A DNA stretch of 64,000 nt from Octopus vulgaris (GCA_951406725.2 OX597838.1:5022001-5086000); one strand, 5' to 3'. Counted from the first letter of the stretch, positions 40,596 to 54,029 are shown. Made by a program: numbers and translations. Notes: generated from the sequence alone by a model not told the origin.

Positions 40596-41177
40596 TTCTT
40601 CCAAATCTTCCTCATTCCCCCTTTCCTTACTCCCGTTCCTTATCCGTTTTTCGCCGACGTCAGCTCACCTCAAAGTACACGACCTCGTTGCACTAACAAA
40701 CGTCACCAATTAATTATTTGACGACTTCTTCATCAATGCCGCACTTCGCCTATTGTTTGAAAGGTATCGGTGATTAACAAAATCACCGCCCCAATTCAAT
40801 AAACAGCACCGACAACAACAACAGCAACAACAACAACAGCAACAACAACAACAGCAACAGCAACTACGACGACAGCAACAAACGCAACGGAAAAGAAAAA
40901 AAACCATTTGAAATAGTAATGGAAAAAAAATGAAATTAAATAGAAACGTTAAAAACCTCATTAAGGTTGTCACATTATAACGAAATTATAATTAACAATC
41001 GCAAATGAGAATCAAATATTTACAAAAGATCGTTGGTTTCTGAGTTCGAATCCGGTGGAGGTTAAAGTTGTAACAATTTTCTCCTTTCGCAATCGAGAAA
41101 AAAATAAAGAACCGGACATTTAGCCCGAAAAGCCTCGACCGGTTCAATTGCTTGCTCCCAGATGTCCAAAGCAGAAG

Positions 41178-41188
41178 TGATGATAACG

Positions 41189-41262
<74 letters not shown>

Positions 41263-41317
41263 AATGATGATGACGACGATGATGACGCCTACCATGATTT
41301 ACTGAAGATGATGATGG

Positions 41318-41351
<34 letters not shown>

Positions 41352-41418
41352 AAAGATGATAGGGATGATGGTGATGATAATGATGATAACGACGACGATG
41401 ACGGCTACGATGATTTAC

Positions 41419-41449
<31 letters not shown>

Positions 41450-41671
41450 ATTGATTATAATGATGACGATGATGACCGTGATGATGATGATGATGATGAT
41501 GATGTTGATGATGACGGCTATGATGATTTACTGACGATGATGGTGACGACTTCGACGACGACGATGACGATGACGATGATGATGATGATGATGATGAAGA
41601 CGATGATGACCACGACGACGACGACGATGATGAGGGTGACGATGACGACTATGATGATGACGATGACGACG
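41178..41671. repeat. (GAT/GAC)n microsatellite
   Basis: Directly visible. Confidence 0.95.
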
Positions 41672-42829
41672 AAACTTTAGAAATATCGTGGCCTCAGCGC
41701 ATGTCTGCGCATTCATCAGCCACGGCATTCTCACCCTTTTTTCTGTTATTGTTGACAGGAGGGCCTGATCAGAGGGCCTGACCAGTGGAACCCGTCCATT
41801 CCATCAAAACCCTAAGCGTATTCGCTCCAATTTCGCTAGACGTAAACTAAGGGTTTACATGACGGTCAGGCGGTAATATATTTCAGGGATAGCTTTGTCT
41901 CGATCAATATCTGAGGTGTGTGTGTGGCCACCCTGCTCGTTATCTCGTTCCAGTTCCTCTTCACATGGAGATGATAATGAGTAATTTAACCGGTTCCTTC
42001 ATCCAGCTTCTTTCAGTTTCCCACATAATCCTTTCCCAAGAATTTGGACCGCTTGAGGCTATATTAAAAGATACTTGTCGAAGGTGCCACGCAGTGAGAC
42101 TGACCTCGGAACCATGTGGTTGGGAAGCAAGTTTCTTACCTCACAGCAACAATATAATTTCTCCTCAAAAAAGATAGAAAGCAGACAAAATGGTTTTAAA
42201 TTTAAAATGATCAAAAGTGACATCATTTCACTCAAAATTGTTCAACGTTGCAAATGAAAGTGAAAATTATAAAACATTTGATACGTTCTTTTGTACCGTT
42301 AGCGGTAAGAAACTCTTAAAAGAGCTGAACAACAGAAGGTCCTCAGAGAAGAAACCCCTTCTTAGGCAAGTGTTTCAGCCCTGAGATTTTTTTACCCTCT
42401 AAAGGGTACAGCCTGCATCCCTATCATGACTCTTTGATGCTCTTCTCCTGGCACTTCTTTACGGAAACTTGCGCATTTAAACCGCTGGGAGATTTCGTCC
42501 AGTTGAAGTTCCTTTCTGCTAACCCATCATTCAAACTTCAAAATAGCCAAAAAAAAAAAAAAAAAAGGAAAGTTGGTTGTCATGGTAGTGGCGAAACGTC
42601 AACGCTACCACAATATCTTAGAGTTATTTCCCTTAGCTTTAAAATACGAAAATATTTGCTTTTGTTTGAAAGTATATAGTTTTCTATTGTGGCGTCATAA
42701 TATGCTTTTTCTTCGTTTCCAAGTGATATATTTGCAGTCGATGTTTCCACATAGTATCTTTGAAACGAAATACAAAATGTAGACTGGCTTCAATTTCCTT
42801 ATGAATCTGAGGTGTGCAACATAAGGATG

Positions 42830-43275
42830 AATGAGGTCTGTGTTTTATTCAAGGTCAACATTTTGCTTTTTCATCTGCTCTTACTCTCTCTAAGATTTCA
42901 GCTTCCATATTTTGGCTCATATTCACTGTGTGCCCAAAGTGGACGTACGTCCTTATTTCTTGCGTCGTTTGCAGCCTGTTGTCGCCCTTGTACGACGTCT
43001 GGCGAGTGCATATATTTTCTTTTCATATAGTTCATTTTAAGGCCTGCGGCAAATTTGTGATTATTAATCTCTAGCAGTATAGCCTGGGTTTGGTTCGTGG
43101 TTTCCACGATGACTATAATGCCATCTGCAAATTAGGGGCTTGTAGTTGCGCGCCATTTATGTTCACGCCACCTGACTAGGCAACTTCTAGGCATGCCGTA
43201 AAAAAACCCTTGAAGAATTTATATCTCCTTGCTTGACACTCTTTCCACTTGGAACCCTGATTGGTGGGTTACTAC
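42830..43275 (-). mobile_element. RTE-clade LINE RT fragment (inverted 5' segment)
   Basis: PSGKSVKQGDI, GGVNING, FADGIIVI, GLKMNYMKRKYM, GHTVNM..EILERVRA; disrupted by stops and frameshifts. Confidence 0.8.
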
Positions 43276-43287
43276 GAAGAGGAGAGA

Positions 43288-43565
43288 ACATCACGCAAAG
43301 GGCCATGGAAAGGTCCATGCTAGAAAAAACATTAAAGGAGCATATTCGAACAGAGGCATTTTGAGAACGATATAGAGTGAACAATGTGATCGCAGAATAC
43401 TGGAAACAGAAGTTACGATGGGCCGCATTACAGACAAGAAATAGCCGCAGGCAGTTGTCGGGTAGTGTCCCAGAGATTCGAAAAAGCCATTTGGAAAGTG
43501 TCCACAACGAAGAGAAAACGATTTACATAAGCAATTTAGGTCAAGATGGAAAAAAATGGTATAAT
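43288..43565 (+). mobile_element. RTE-clade LINE C-terminal fragment
   Basis: ITQRAMERSML..LKEHIR..VNNVIAEYWKQKLRWAA. Confidence 0.75.
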
Positions 43566-43574
43566 CAAGAAAGC

Positions 43575-43946
43575 GTGGCACTCCGTCAGTTACGACGACA
43601 AGGGTTCTAGTTGATCCGATCAACGGAACAGCCCGCTCGTGAAATTAACGTGGAAGTGGCTGAGCACTCCACAGACATTTGTACTTTTAACGTAGTTCTC
43701 GAAGAGATCCAGCGTGACACAGAGTGTGACAAGGCTGTGCTTTTGAAATGCAGATACAGGAAGAAAGAGTGAAAGAGAGTTGCAGTAATAGAGTCCAGCA
43801 GGGTTCGCCACGCCCCCTGCCGGAGCCTCGCGCAGCTTTAGGTGTTTTCGCTCAATAAACACTTACAACACCCGCTCTGGGAATCGAAACCATGATCCTA
43901 CGACTGCGAATCCGCTGCCCTAACCACTGAGCCATTATGCCTCCAC
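43575..43946 (-). mobile_element. SINE family B, tail type 2
   Basis: Matches the copy at 25575. Confidence 0.92.
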
Positions 43947-43982
43947 AATAAAGACATAATTAGAAGCTTAATATATATATAA

Positions 43983-44024
<42 letters not shown>

Positions 44025-44679
44025 TTATTTCTTTATTTATATATACGTATATGTTTATACAAGCACGAAGTAGGCAGTCAGAAGTTTGGATAATTCTTTA
44101 TTATCGTTTTCGATGGATTATCGAACTCGCCATGTTTCGTTCTTCATTTATTTAAATCGAATGCATTTTTGCTTTGTTTAGATATGGCGAATATTGTTTT
44201 TGTTTATTTAGAAAAAGAGGGAAAGAAAGGTGAAGTAGAGAGAGAGAGTGAGAGCGAGAGGGGGGTTTCAGGACAATCAAGAAAGAGGAGGGAAAATAAT
44301 AAAGGCTGGGGAAAGGATAGATACATATATAAATAGGTAGACATACATAAATACATATAGATATATAGATATATAGATAGAAAGATAGATAGATAGAGGG
44401 AGAGAGAGAAAAGTTTCTTTTCAATTTGATGTGGTCAACTCATTGAAATTTCATTACAAAGCATTTCTCTTTCTTTCCTTTTCCTTTCATTCATTTTTGT
44501 TCCCATTGTATTCCTATGAGAATATTTGTAAATAAATACATTTTTACACAAGGGATGGTGACCTCTCAAAGATGTCAATTTTAGTAAGTAGGATTGAAAA
44601 AAATAAGAAAATTGGGAATTTCGTCACAGAAAACTAAAAATTTGTTCAGATCTGAAAGTAATTTGAAAATGTATATTCT

Positions 44680-46012
44680 GTGTAATTCCAGGCCTTGCCT
44701 AAATCAACATTAAATATTTGTACAATATTCATAAATTAGGAAAATAAATTCAGAATATTAAAAAAAAGTACTTTTATATAATTCAATATATTCCCTACGT
44801 GCATTTAAACAAACCTCATAAACGAGGATTGTACGAATATTGTATATTTAGCCGGAAGCCACTCTGTAGGATATAATTATATAGAAAGCAGGGCCTGCTT
44901 AAATGTATATTTTGGAGATATCTTTTATCCTTTTGTAGGTTTCCTCTTCCTTTTTCTTGCTTGCGTGGATAAGAGAATTCAAAAGAGTTCGTTTTCACGT
45001 AATACTTTGCCATGTAGCTGCATTAGTTATCTTTCCTAATTGGTATTAAAATGGTTCAAGTATTCTTTCTCGGGTATATGTAGGTTCTATAAGAACAACT
45101 GTCGTCAAAATCCCAATATTGATACATTTACTAATACTAACATTAATTTAGCTAATACCATCCATACTCCCAGGAAATATTAATAACAAGGTTATTGTAT
45201 CTGAAGTTAATTACAACAGAATCAAGTTTATGTCAAGTAACTCTACATTTAAAAATTCTATATACCAGTGCAAAATTCTACTGGTAATGAAGTACTTTTT
45301 ATATATAGGAAACACATCGTTTCAGTTGTATAAAAGAATTTCTAATCATTACTCTACATTCAGCAGTAGGAATAAACGTAATAGTACAGGGCTTAGTAAA
45401 TAAATTTGGGATCGAAAAGACAACAATAAAAATTTAATTTAGACTGGTTGATTCTCTGAATCTCGATACCTTATGACAAAGGCAAGGAATTATGTCTTCT
45501 CTGTAATTCTAAACTATTTTAATTCTTTTTTCTAAACATCCCCTTATAAACACGGTTATAGAGTGTGCATACCGTTGTAAATATTGGTAGAAATAAAACT
45601 TAAGTTCATATAAGTGATATCTATCAATATATATAATCTAAACATTTGTTTTCTTCTTACATTTCACATTCACTAGATATATCTTTTTCCAAGTCTATAT
45701 GGTTTTATTCAATATACATATAGTCATATACTTCTCATTTATTTAGTTTTTCTTTCCTTTATCCCTCCTCTTTCTATAGGCAACATTTGACGTTATATCC
45801 TATAACGCTATTTTCAAACAATATGAATAGCGTTCAGTTAATCACTATACATATCCATCATTTTCTGTTAAAATGTCTTATTGACCAGTTTCATTTCTTC
45901 ATTTCCATGAAGAGATTACATTGTTTTACACCATTTAGTCCTTTGGAATAATACCAGTGATATCTTCGAAACATGTGTCGGAAGTAAATGAATTTGAATA
46001 ACAACTGCGTTT
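44680..46012 (+). mobile_element. Degenerate Penelope-like element: GIY-YIG endonuclease region and terminal repeat (left boundary approximate)
   Basis: About 45254-45605 reads NSIYQCK..LYIGNT..KRISNHYSTF..STGLSK*IWDRKD..PYDKGKELCLLCNSKL. Ends at (TA)n. Confidence 0.75.
45901..45985 (+). ncRNA. Type I hammerhead relic with extended helix II (C3 mutated to A)
   Basis: ATTTCC-aTGAAGA-...CATTG...CAGTG...C-GAAA-C-ATGT-GTC-GGAAGT. Confidence 0.55.
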
Positions 46013-46019
46013 GTATATA

Positions 46020-46107
<88 letters not shown>

Positions 46108-46422
46108 TACACACATACAACGTGCAAAATACACGTGCAGTTTGCGCAAAAGAAGCCGGATGGCTTGAAATCATGCCACAAAATGCAGTATATTTAAGAG
46201 ACCAAAAAAGTAAGATGCAAAAGAGATATTTTCTTCAAACTTGGCACGATGGAAAGAAAGACCATTTGTTTGTTTTTTTTTGCCTTAACTTCGTTTAACA
46301 AAACCATAAATTTTGTTGAAATAAAGGCATGCTTAATTATCTTTAATAAAAAGAAAACACTGATTGCTTTTTATTTAGCAAATATGATTCAGCACCGTCC
46401 ATTGGACGGGGGCGTTTTACTC

Positions 46423-46467
<45 letters not shown>

Positions 46468-46933
46468 TCAAAAACTTTGGGTAGAAGTCCAGGAATTTAG
46501 AATTTAGTGGTGGGAGGTGTCTGTGTATTAGGGGAGGCGGGATCTCGATTAGCTCGATATCATCGAACAACTGGCTATTTGTTATTGACCCAGGAAGGCT
46601 GGAATGCAATTCTGACCACGGCGGCATTTGAAGACACAATATAATATCCGAAGGAATTTACGCAGAGTATAATATAAAAAAAAAAAAATTACGCAATGTC
46701 TGATTTCAAAATACTGATAAAACGTTTTTAATTAAAGAATTTGGAAATTCACAGCAAAATACAAACTGAAATTCAATGAATTAGTTTTAATAAATTGGTT
46801 AATTAAAGATTATCTAATTAAAGCTGTAATAAAGCATCTGCTTTTCTAAAAATTAAAATAATGACATTGTTAATAATTGTCTCATTTCTTTCACTGATTA
46901 TTGTACATAAACTAAATATATTTCATATTAAAG

Positions 46934-47164
46934 AAGGCGGCGAGCTGGCAGAAACGTGAGCCCGCCGGGCGAAATGCGTAGCCGTATTTCGTCTGCCGTT
47001 ACGTTCTGAGTTCAAATTCCGCCGAGGTTGACTTTACCTTTCATCCCTTCGGGGTCGATAAATTAAGTACCAGTTACGCACTGGGGTCGATGTAATCGAC
47101 TTAATCCGTTTGTCTGTCCTTGTTCGTCCCCTCTATGTTTAGCCCCTTGTGGGTAGTAAAGAAA
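46934..47164 (+). mobile_element. SINE family A full monomer with TSD
   Basis: ATATATTTCATATTAAAG on both sides; A-box-like TGGCAGAAACG and B-box GTTCAAATT. Confidence 0.95.
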
Positions 47165-47231
47165 TATATATTTCATATTAAAGGCAGTATTTGTATCTAA
47201 TAACCGATTTAAACTTGGTCTTTTAACCCCC

Positions 47232-47500
47232 GGCGGTCGAGGGATCGCGGGTTCGAATCTCAGACCGGGCGATGTGTGTGTTTATGAGCGAGAACACCTA
47301 GGCCCCACGCAGCTACGGCAGAAGCTGATGGCAAACTTCTGCTGACTCTTTCGCCACAACATTCTCTCACTTTTTCCTCCTGTATCTTGCAGCTCGCCTG
47401 CGATGAACCGGCGACCCGTCCAGGTGGGGAACCTATACGCCAAGGAAACCGGGAAACCGGCCCTTATGAGCCAGGCGTGGCTCGAGAAGGAACAAACAAC
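47232..47500 (+). mobile_element. SINE family B variant, tail type 3
   Basis: B-type head; tail cctgcgatgaaccggcgacccgtccaggtggg...gaaggaacaaacaac, also found alone at 56805-56920. Confidence 0.85.
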
Positions 47501-47804
47501 TGATTGTGCGGTCCATTGATCCATCACCCTCGATATTCTCCTGCTTATTCCCCAATTTATTTTTTTCCTTTTTTCCTTTTCTGTTTTTGCTTTTTTGCAC
47601 TATTGTATTTCGTTTGAAACGATTGATACTTTTCTTTTGTGACGTCATAATCTAATTATTTCGCTCATGAACGTGCGCGGCCGATGTTTATCAAGTTCAT
47701 GAAGAAAGAAAAAGAATGTGTTGATTCAATTTATTCATCTAAAGCAGAAAAGGTTGCCAAAGCAAAAATAAAGAGAGACAAAGAGGGGGAAGAGAGCGAG
47801 AGAG

Positions 47805-47879
<75 letters not shown>

Positions 47880-48012
47880 AGCATAGGTGAAGAACCGGCA
47901 GACATAAGTCAACGAGAGATGTGGTGAAAGGGTTTGGAAGATACTAACAAAACCATCAACCGTCTGCGTACCACGACCAAAACAATTCCTCAGTAATAAC
48001 ATTATCAATAGC

Positions 48013-48300
48013 AGAAGAAGAAAAAGAAGAAGAAGAAGAAGAAGAAGAAGAAGAAGAAGAAGAAGAAGAAGAAGAAGAAGAAGAAGAAAAAGAAGAAGAA
48101 GAAGAAGAAGACGACGACGACGACGAAGAAGAAGAAGAAGAAGAAGAAGAAGAAGAAGAAGAAGAAGAAGAAGAAGAAGAAGAAGAAGACGACGACGATG
48201 AGGATGACGATGACGATGACCATGATGATGATGAAAAGAATAGGAAAAGGAAGAAGAAGAAGACGATGACAGCGACGACAGCAACAACAACAACAAAAGC
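48013..48300. repeat. (GAA)n/(GAC)n microsatellite
   Basis: Directly visible. Confidence 0.95.
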
Positions 48301-48831
48301 ATCAGTAACACCAGAAGAGCAACAAATGAAATTATAAGAAGAAAGAAGAAACAACGACAGTTGTAAAGCACTGAAACATCACAACAACAGATGCGACCAT
48401 GACTTGCAGAAAAAAAAAAAAACAGAATCAGTTACGGCAACAGCAACACCATTAACAGCATAGAATTGCGTGACCGCCATAAATTCCTGTTTTAAGAGGT
48501 CTACGAAAATACAATGGTGGGCTGACGAGCTATATAGAGAAATAGCGTGAAAAACTACAAACCAAACTACCAATTATACCGTTGGATATCATTCTAGTGA
48601 ACACACCAACACAATCTATACTAGTTGATAGCAACGTTTGCAACCTGTTGAAGATGTCGAAATTACAGCTTCGTTAGCAGGGAGAACAAAATACTTAACG
48701 ACATTTTTTTCCGGTTTTTTGTTGTGAGTTCATATTCCACGGAGGGCAATTTTACCATTCATCATTTAGAAGTTCATAAAATAGGCGCCAATGTGCCAAA
48801 ATTTGCAGCCAGCATTTGGCAGCCGTCGTGG

Positions 48832-48988
48832 TAATTCCGCCGAGGTCGATTTTGCCTTTCATCCTTTCGGGGTCGATAAATTAAGTACCAGTTACACACT
48901 GGGGTCGATGTAATCGACTTAATACCTATGTCTGTCCTTGTTTGTCCCCTCTGTGTTTAGCCCCTTGTGGGTAATAAAGAAATAGGTA
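48832..48988 (+). mobile_element. SINE family A, 5'-truncated
   Basis: aattccgccgaggtcg...aaagaaataggta. Confidence 0.9.
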
Positions 48989-49199
48989 ATTCTACGCATA
49001 CACATACTTAAAACGAAATGGGGAAATAAATAGTAAGTAAAGGGTATGGTTGCAAAGAGTATAGTAATTAACCCCCCCACACACACACAAAACACACACA
49101 CACACAAAACACACACACACACAAAACACACACACACACAAAACACACATAGGAAACACACTGACATGTGTACAGGCACGCACGCACACACACAAACAC

Positions 49200-49608
49200 A
49201 GCCTTGATCGGGTTCCTACAGCCGGTCTTCGTCATCACCTGAATCTCCGACCCCTCCCTCCGGTGCTTCTACAACGGCGCTGAAGGTGGGTCGGTCATGC
49301 GGCCCGGCGTCCAGAGGGTGAGCTGAACCGTGATGTCCTTCTCCCACCTCCACTTCCCAACTGGTGCGCAAACGTAAGGGCGGGCAGCTGAAGACCTGGG
49401 CAAGGACGATAAAGAAGGACCTCTCCGAACTCTCAGGTCCGCAGGTGGTCGTTCTGCGCAGATGGAACCGCGAATGGCTCGCTATCTCCAGTGACCTCGC
49501 ACAGGACCGTCGAGCGTGGAACGCCATGGTTCGTGATGCCGTTAGGACCAGAGAAGAAACCGGTTCAACTCGCACTGGGTGAACGCCGTCACAAGTACAA
49601 GTAAGTAC
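49200..49608 (+). mobile_element. GC-rich RTE-clade LINE 3' end
   Basis: LQRRxRWVGHAARRPEGE..RKRKGGQLKTW..DLAQDRRAWNAMVRDA*, followed by a (CAAGTA)n tail. Confidence 0.85.
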
Positions 49609-49700
49609 ACAAACACATACACACGCACACAGATACAGACACAAAAGCATGTGCAGATAAGGATATACACCATAGAAAGACAGTAAACGTGAGATGGAGA

Positions 49701-49744
49701 GTCACTGAAGAGGTCACAGGATGTGTGACGAAAGATTTCTAGAC
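49701..49744 (+). ncRNA. Candidate minimal hammerhead motif
   Basis: CTGAAGA-g-GTCACA-ggatg-TGTGAC-GAAA-G-attt-C-TA-gac; helix I is weak. Confidence 0.35.
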
Positions 49745-50158
49745 AAAGGACATGAAGTAAAAAAAAAAAACACAATAATAAATCTGAAGTGAAGAACTAA
49801 TATACAGCGCGTGTGTTTATTATGCAAGTAAAACAATGGCCATATCCAAGTATACCAAAACGTGATAATTTTCTGCGAAAACTGCAGGCAAGTGTTTTGA
49901 AAGATGTCTCATAAACAGCAATTCATTGCGTAAGAAAATCATGGTGCGAGTGGTTTTAAACTGAGTGATTATAATTATTTCATTCATTGTCTATGGGCCC
50001 AGTCGACCTTAATATATGTGGATTGGATAATTATGCAAAGTAAGAGGGTGAGCCAGCCGTCTAGTTTAATGATTTCAGCTCACTAAATGTAAGCCGTAGA
50101 TATCAACTACGCATACAAATGCACACACGCATGTGTGTGTTCTATTCATCGAATATCC

Positions 50159-50199
<41 letters not shown>

Positions 50200-50210
50200 T
50201 ACCTACATAC

Positions 50211-50244
<34 letters not shown>

Positions 50245-50707
50245 GTATATACGTATATGCATATATATACATATACATCTATATAAATAATGCATAGTGT
50301 ATACATATATATGTGTATGTGTGTATATATGTTTTAAAGACTAATGTGTGTGCATGCGTATTTGTGCGTGTGTGTGGGGTGTGTGCGTGTGTGCATGTGG
50401 ATGTGTGTGTATGTATGTAAGCTTGCTTGTGTGTGTGTATATACATGTACAATCTAAATTACGACAACGTAATCAAACCTCATTAATAAAACATAGCCAT
50501 TTGAAAGGAGTAATTATGTATTATAATGACTAATCATCTCGAATATCGTATTACCAAGAAACGCACACACATACATACATACATGCATACATACAAGCAT
50601 ATATACATACATATTCATATATACGCATAGAATTATATGCATACGTATATTTACATACATTTATATACATATGTATATATATACACGTATATGTATATAG
50701 GATTGTG

Positions 50708-50776
<69 letters not shown>

Positions 50777-50793
50777 GTCTATCCATCCATACT

Positions 50794-50849
<56 letters not shown>

Positions 50850-52249
50850 ATTATATTGACATATAGAGGGAGAAGGAGAGAGAGAGAAGGAGATACACTG
50901 ACGCAAATAAATTCATATCTGTCTGTGTGTGCATGGGTTGTGTCTATATTTGCTAGCGTATCTCTGGATGCATGCCTCAGTGAATATATTTACATATATG
51001 TGAGCGAATGAGCCTGGTTCTCCATGTGGTTCGCCACTAAACGGCAAGCTTCACTCTCCTCAAAAGCTTACAACAACCCGCCATATTCCCGCTCATCTCT
51101 TCAGAAACAGTAAACCACTAAAAATACTGTAAAGGCAAAATAATATACTCTGATAAAAAAGAAATTAATAAATTGAATTCTATAACACAATAAATTAAAC
51201 CAAAACCAAAACCAAAGACAAACAATTAATGAATAATTAGAAAATAATATAAAAACACATCTTTTCACGGACATCAAATGGAAAATTTGGCTTCAATATG
51301 GCTTTAATGCATGTAATATGCTTTAAGTCTTTTGCTGCGGTTAGAATGGTCATATCGACGAAACTATCAAAGTTGGCAATTTCTCATTAGCCTTCCTACT
51401 TCATTAAGAGATTTAATGAGCAAAATATGAAGTCAAAAAAGATCAATTGGAATTTTGATCTAATGCGAGTGTTGTGGATACAGCAAGAATAATAATACAC
51501 AGTCTCTTGCAGTGTGCATGTGTGCTTCTCTGTAAGTATGCATGTGTGTGCGTCCGCAAGTGTGTGTATGCGTGTGTTTGTGTGTATGCGCCTGCGTGTG
51601 TTTTTGTGTGTGTGTATATGGTATATTTCAATGTGTGTCACTGTTGTAAATACGTATTGGATTGAAAGATGTGAGCAAATGGAACACGCCGTCGTGTTTG
51701 CAATAAATTAATATATTATCTTAATATTGACACCTGTAATTCCTCTTGCATCTTGCGTGTATGTCGTTACTTTAGTCTATCAAATGGTTGATTACATAAT
51801 TACGGTTCTAATTTAGAATTTTCAAGCAGTTATTACTATGTAAGTATATAGTAAAATCGGGGAGATGGGAAAAACCGTTAGCATCTCTTCGGTATTACGT
51901 TTTGCGATCAAATGCCCCTGAGATCAACCCTGAATTTCAGCGTTTGTGGGTCGATTAAATGATTACAGTTTCAGCACAGGGTTTGATGTAGTCGTGTTGT
52001 TCTGTAGTACAAATTTTCAGGCCCTGCGTTTATTGCAGAAAGAATTATTACATAAATATATACGGAAAGAATATGAGATAAAGACACACAGACAAACAAC
52101 ACGATCTCAGGCAGACAAACGCAACCTCCATAACGGGCTAAGACAGAATAACTGAAAAGGTTGCACATGGCAACGAAAGGATTTTGACGATAAAAAGAAC
52201 AAAAAACAACAAACGACTGACAGTTTAACTAACAAGTTAAACAAATGAT

Positions 52250-53040
52250 TGTGCGTGGCTGTGTGTTAAGAAGCTTGCTTTGGCAACGACATGGTACCGG
52301 TTTCAGTTTCACGCAGTGGGACCTTAGGTAAGTGTCTTCTATTACAGCCTCGGGTCGATCAAAGCTACTGAGTGGATTTGGTGGACGGAAACTGAAGGAA
52401 GCCAGTCGTATATATATATGTACATATATATATACTCTACCGTCAGAAATTAATTAGCACCCTTGATTTGCTCTTCACTCAAGGTATGTGCTGTCACCTA
52501 GTGGCCATATCTCGAACTATTGCTTTGTTGCGAGTTCACTGTTGCGCAGAACGATGACGTAACTTTGTTTGCAGAGCAGTTTGAGAGTATACAGCCTTAT
52601 GATGTTGACATAGCAGTGCAACAAATTGGAGTGCGGATGCAGACAAATCTTCCTTTGTTTAATAGATATAGGTAGCGCCTCGCAAGGACCGAAATCACAC
52701 CATACTAAGTTTTCTCATCGCGTAAGACGTTTTGAACAGCTCATAGGTTAATTGATTTAACCTATTTAATGTAGAAATTTGAGAAGTGCTAATTAATTTC
52801 TGACGCAAGTGTATGTATATTTAAGTGTGTTTGTCTTTGTGTTTGTATCTGTTCTCCCACCATCGCTTGATAACCGTTTTATTTCCTCTAAACGAACCGG
52901 TTGAGCAAAAGATACCGATAGAATGAGTACTATGCTTACAAAGAATACGTCCTGGGGTCAACATTTCGACTAAAGGCGGCGTTCCAGCATGGCCACAGTC
53001 AAATACCTGAAGCGTGTAAAAGAGTTAAAGAGTAAAAGAC
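52250..53040 (+). mobile_element. SINE family C interrupted by a MITE
   Basis: 5' half 52250-52410 and 3' half 52830-53040. Confidence 0.85.
52435..52811. mobile_element. Tc1/mariner-type MITE
   Basis: Perfect 20-bp inverted repeat CGTCAGAAATTAATTAGCAC (52441-52460 and 52786-52805), TA on both sides, no ORF. Confidence 0.85.
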
Positions 53041-53442
53041 TAACTTAACCAATTGACGAATAAAGAAAGGAGTGGGGCTGAGCCAGTGTGTGTGCGTGTG
53101 TTATTAATATTGGCTTAATGACCCTCTCTAGATAACGTAATATGAGATGAACATATATGGAAGCATAGATCGAGAATTATGTGTATGAAGTTACTGAGTT
53201 TGAAACCTGAATGACTTGTAGGGACACCGTATCTCGTTCGGCAACGACAATAAACCACAAAGAATATGAAACGCTTTTATAAGTCAATACTGAGTTCTAC
53301 ATTGGGCGTACTTGGATATGAAACGTTGGTAAAGAATCGGGTTTAAACTCCAGTTCGAGAGCCGGGAAAAATATGGGGACGAAGTAAGCTGAACAAGTTT
53401 TCAACAGTTCGTACTGTCTTATTGTATAGAAGACATACGTAT

Positions 53443-53618
53443 AGGTACAGGCGTGGCTGTGTGGTAAGAAGCTTCCTTCCCAACCACATGGTTCCGGGTT
53501 CAGTGCCATTGCGTGGCACCTTGGGCAAGTGGCTTCTACTATAGACTCGGGTCGACCAAAGCATTGTGAGTGGATTTGGTAGACGGGAGCTAAAAGAAGC
53601 CTATCCTGTATATATATG

Positions 53619-53657
<39 letters not shown>

Positions 53658-53939
53658 ATCACGTGACCGACCAGACCTTCAGATGTTGTTACACATCGCT
53701 GGTCACGTTTTAGCCTTTGAATGAAGCCACCCCGCTGGCTAAGCGAGCAGGCCAACAGAAGAAAGAGTGAGAGAAAGCTGTGGTGAAAAAGTACAGCAGG
53801 GATCACCACCCCTTGCCGGAGCGGCGTTGAGGTTTTAGGTGTTTTCGCTCATTAAACACTCACAGCGCCCGGTCTGGGAATCGAAACCGCGATCCTACGA
53901 CCGCGAGTCCGCTACCCTAACCACTGGGTCATTGTGCCT

Positions 53940-54029
<90 letters not shown>

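Noticed and set aside
48522-48556. CTGACGA-GCTAT..ATAGC-gt-GAAA hammerhead-like motif
   Set aside because: There are extra bases before GAAA and no credible helix I or III.
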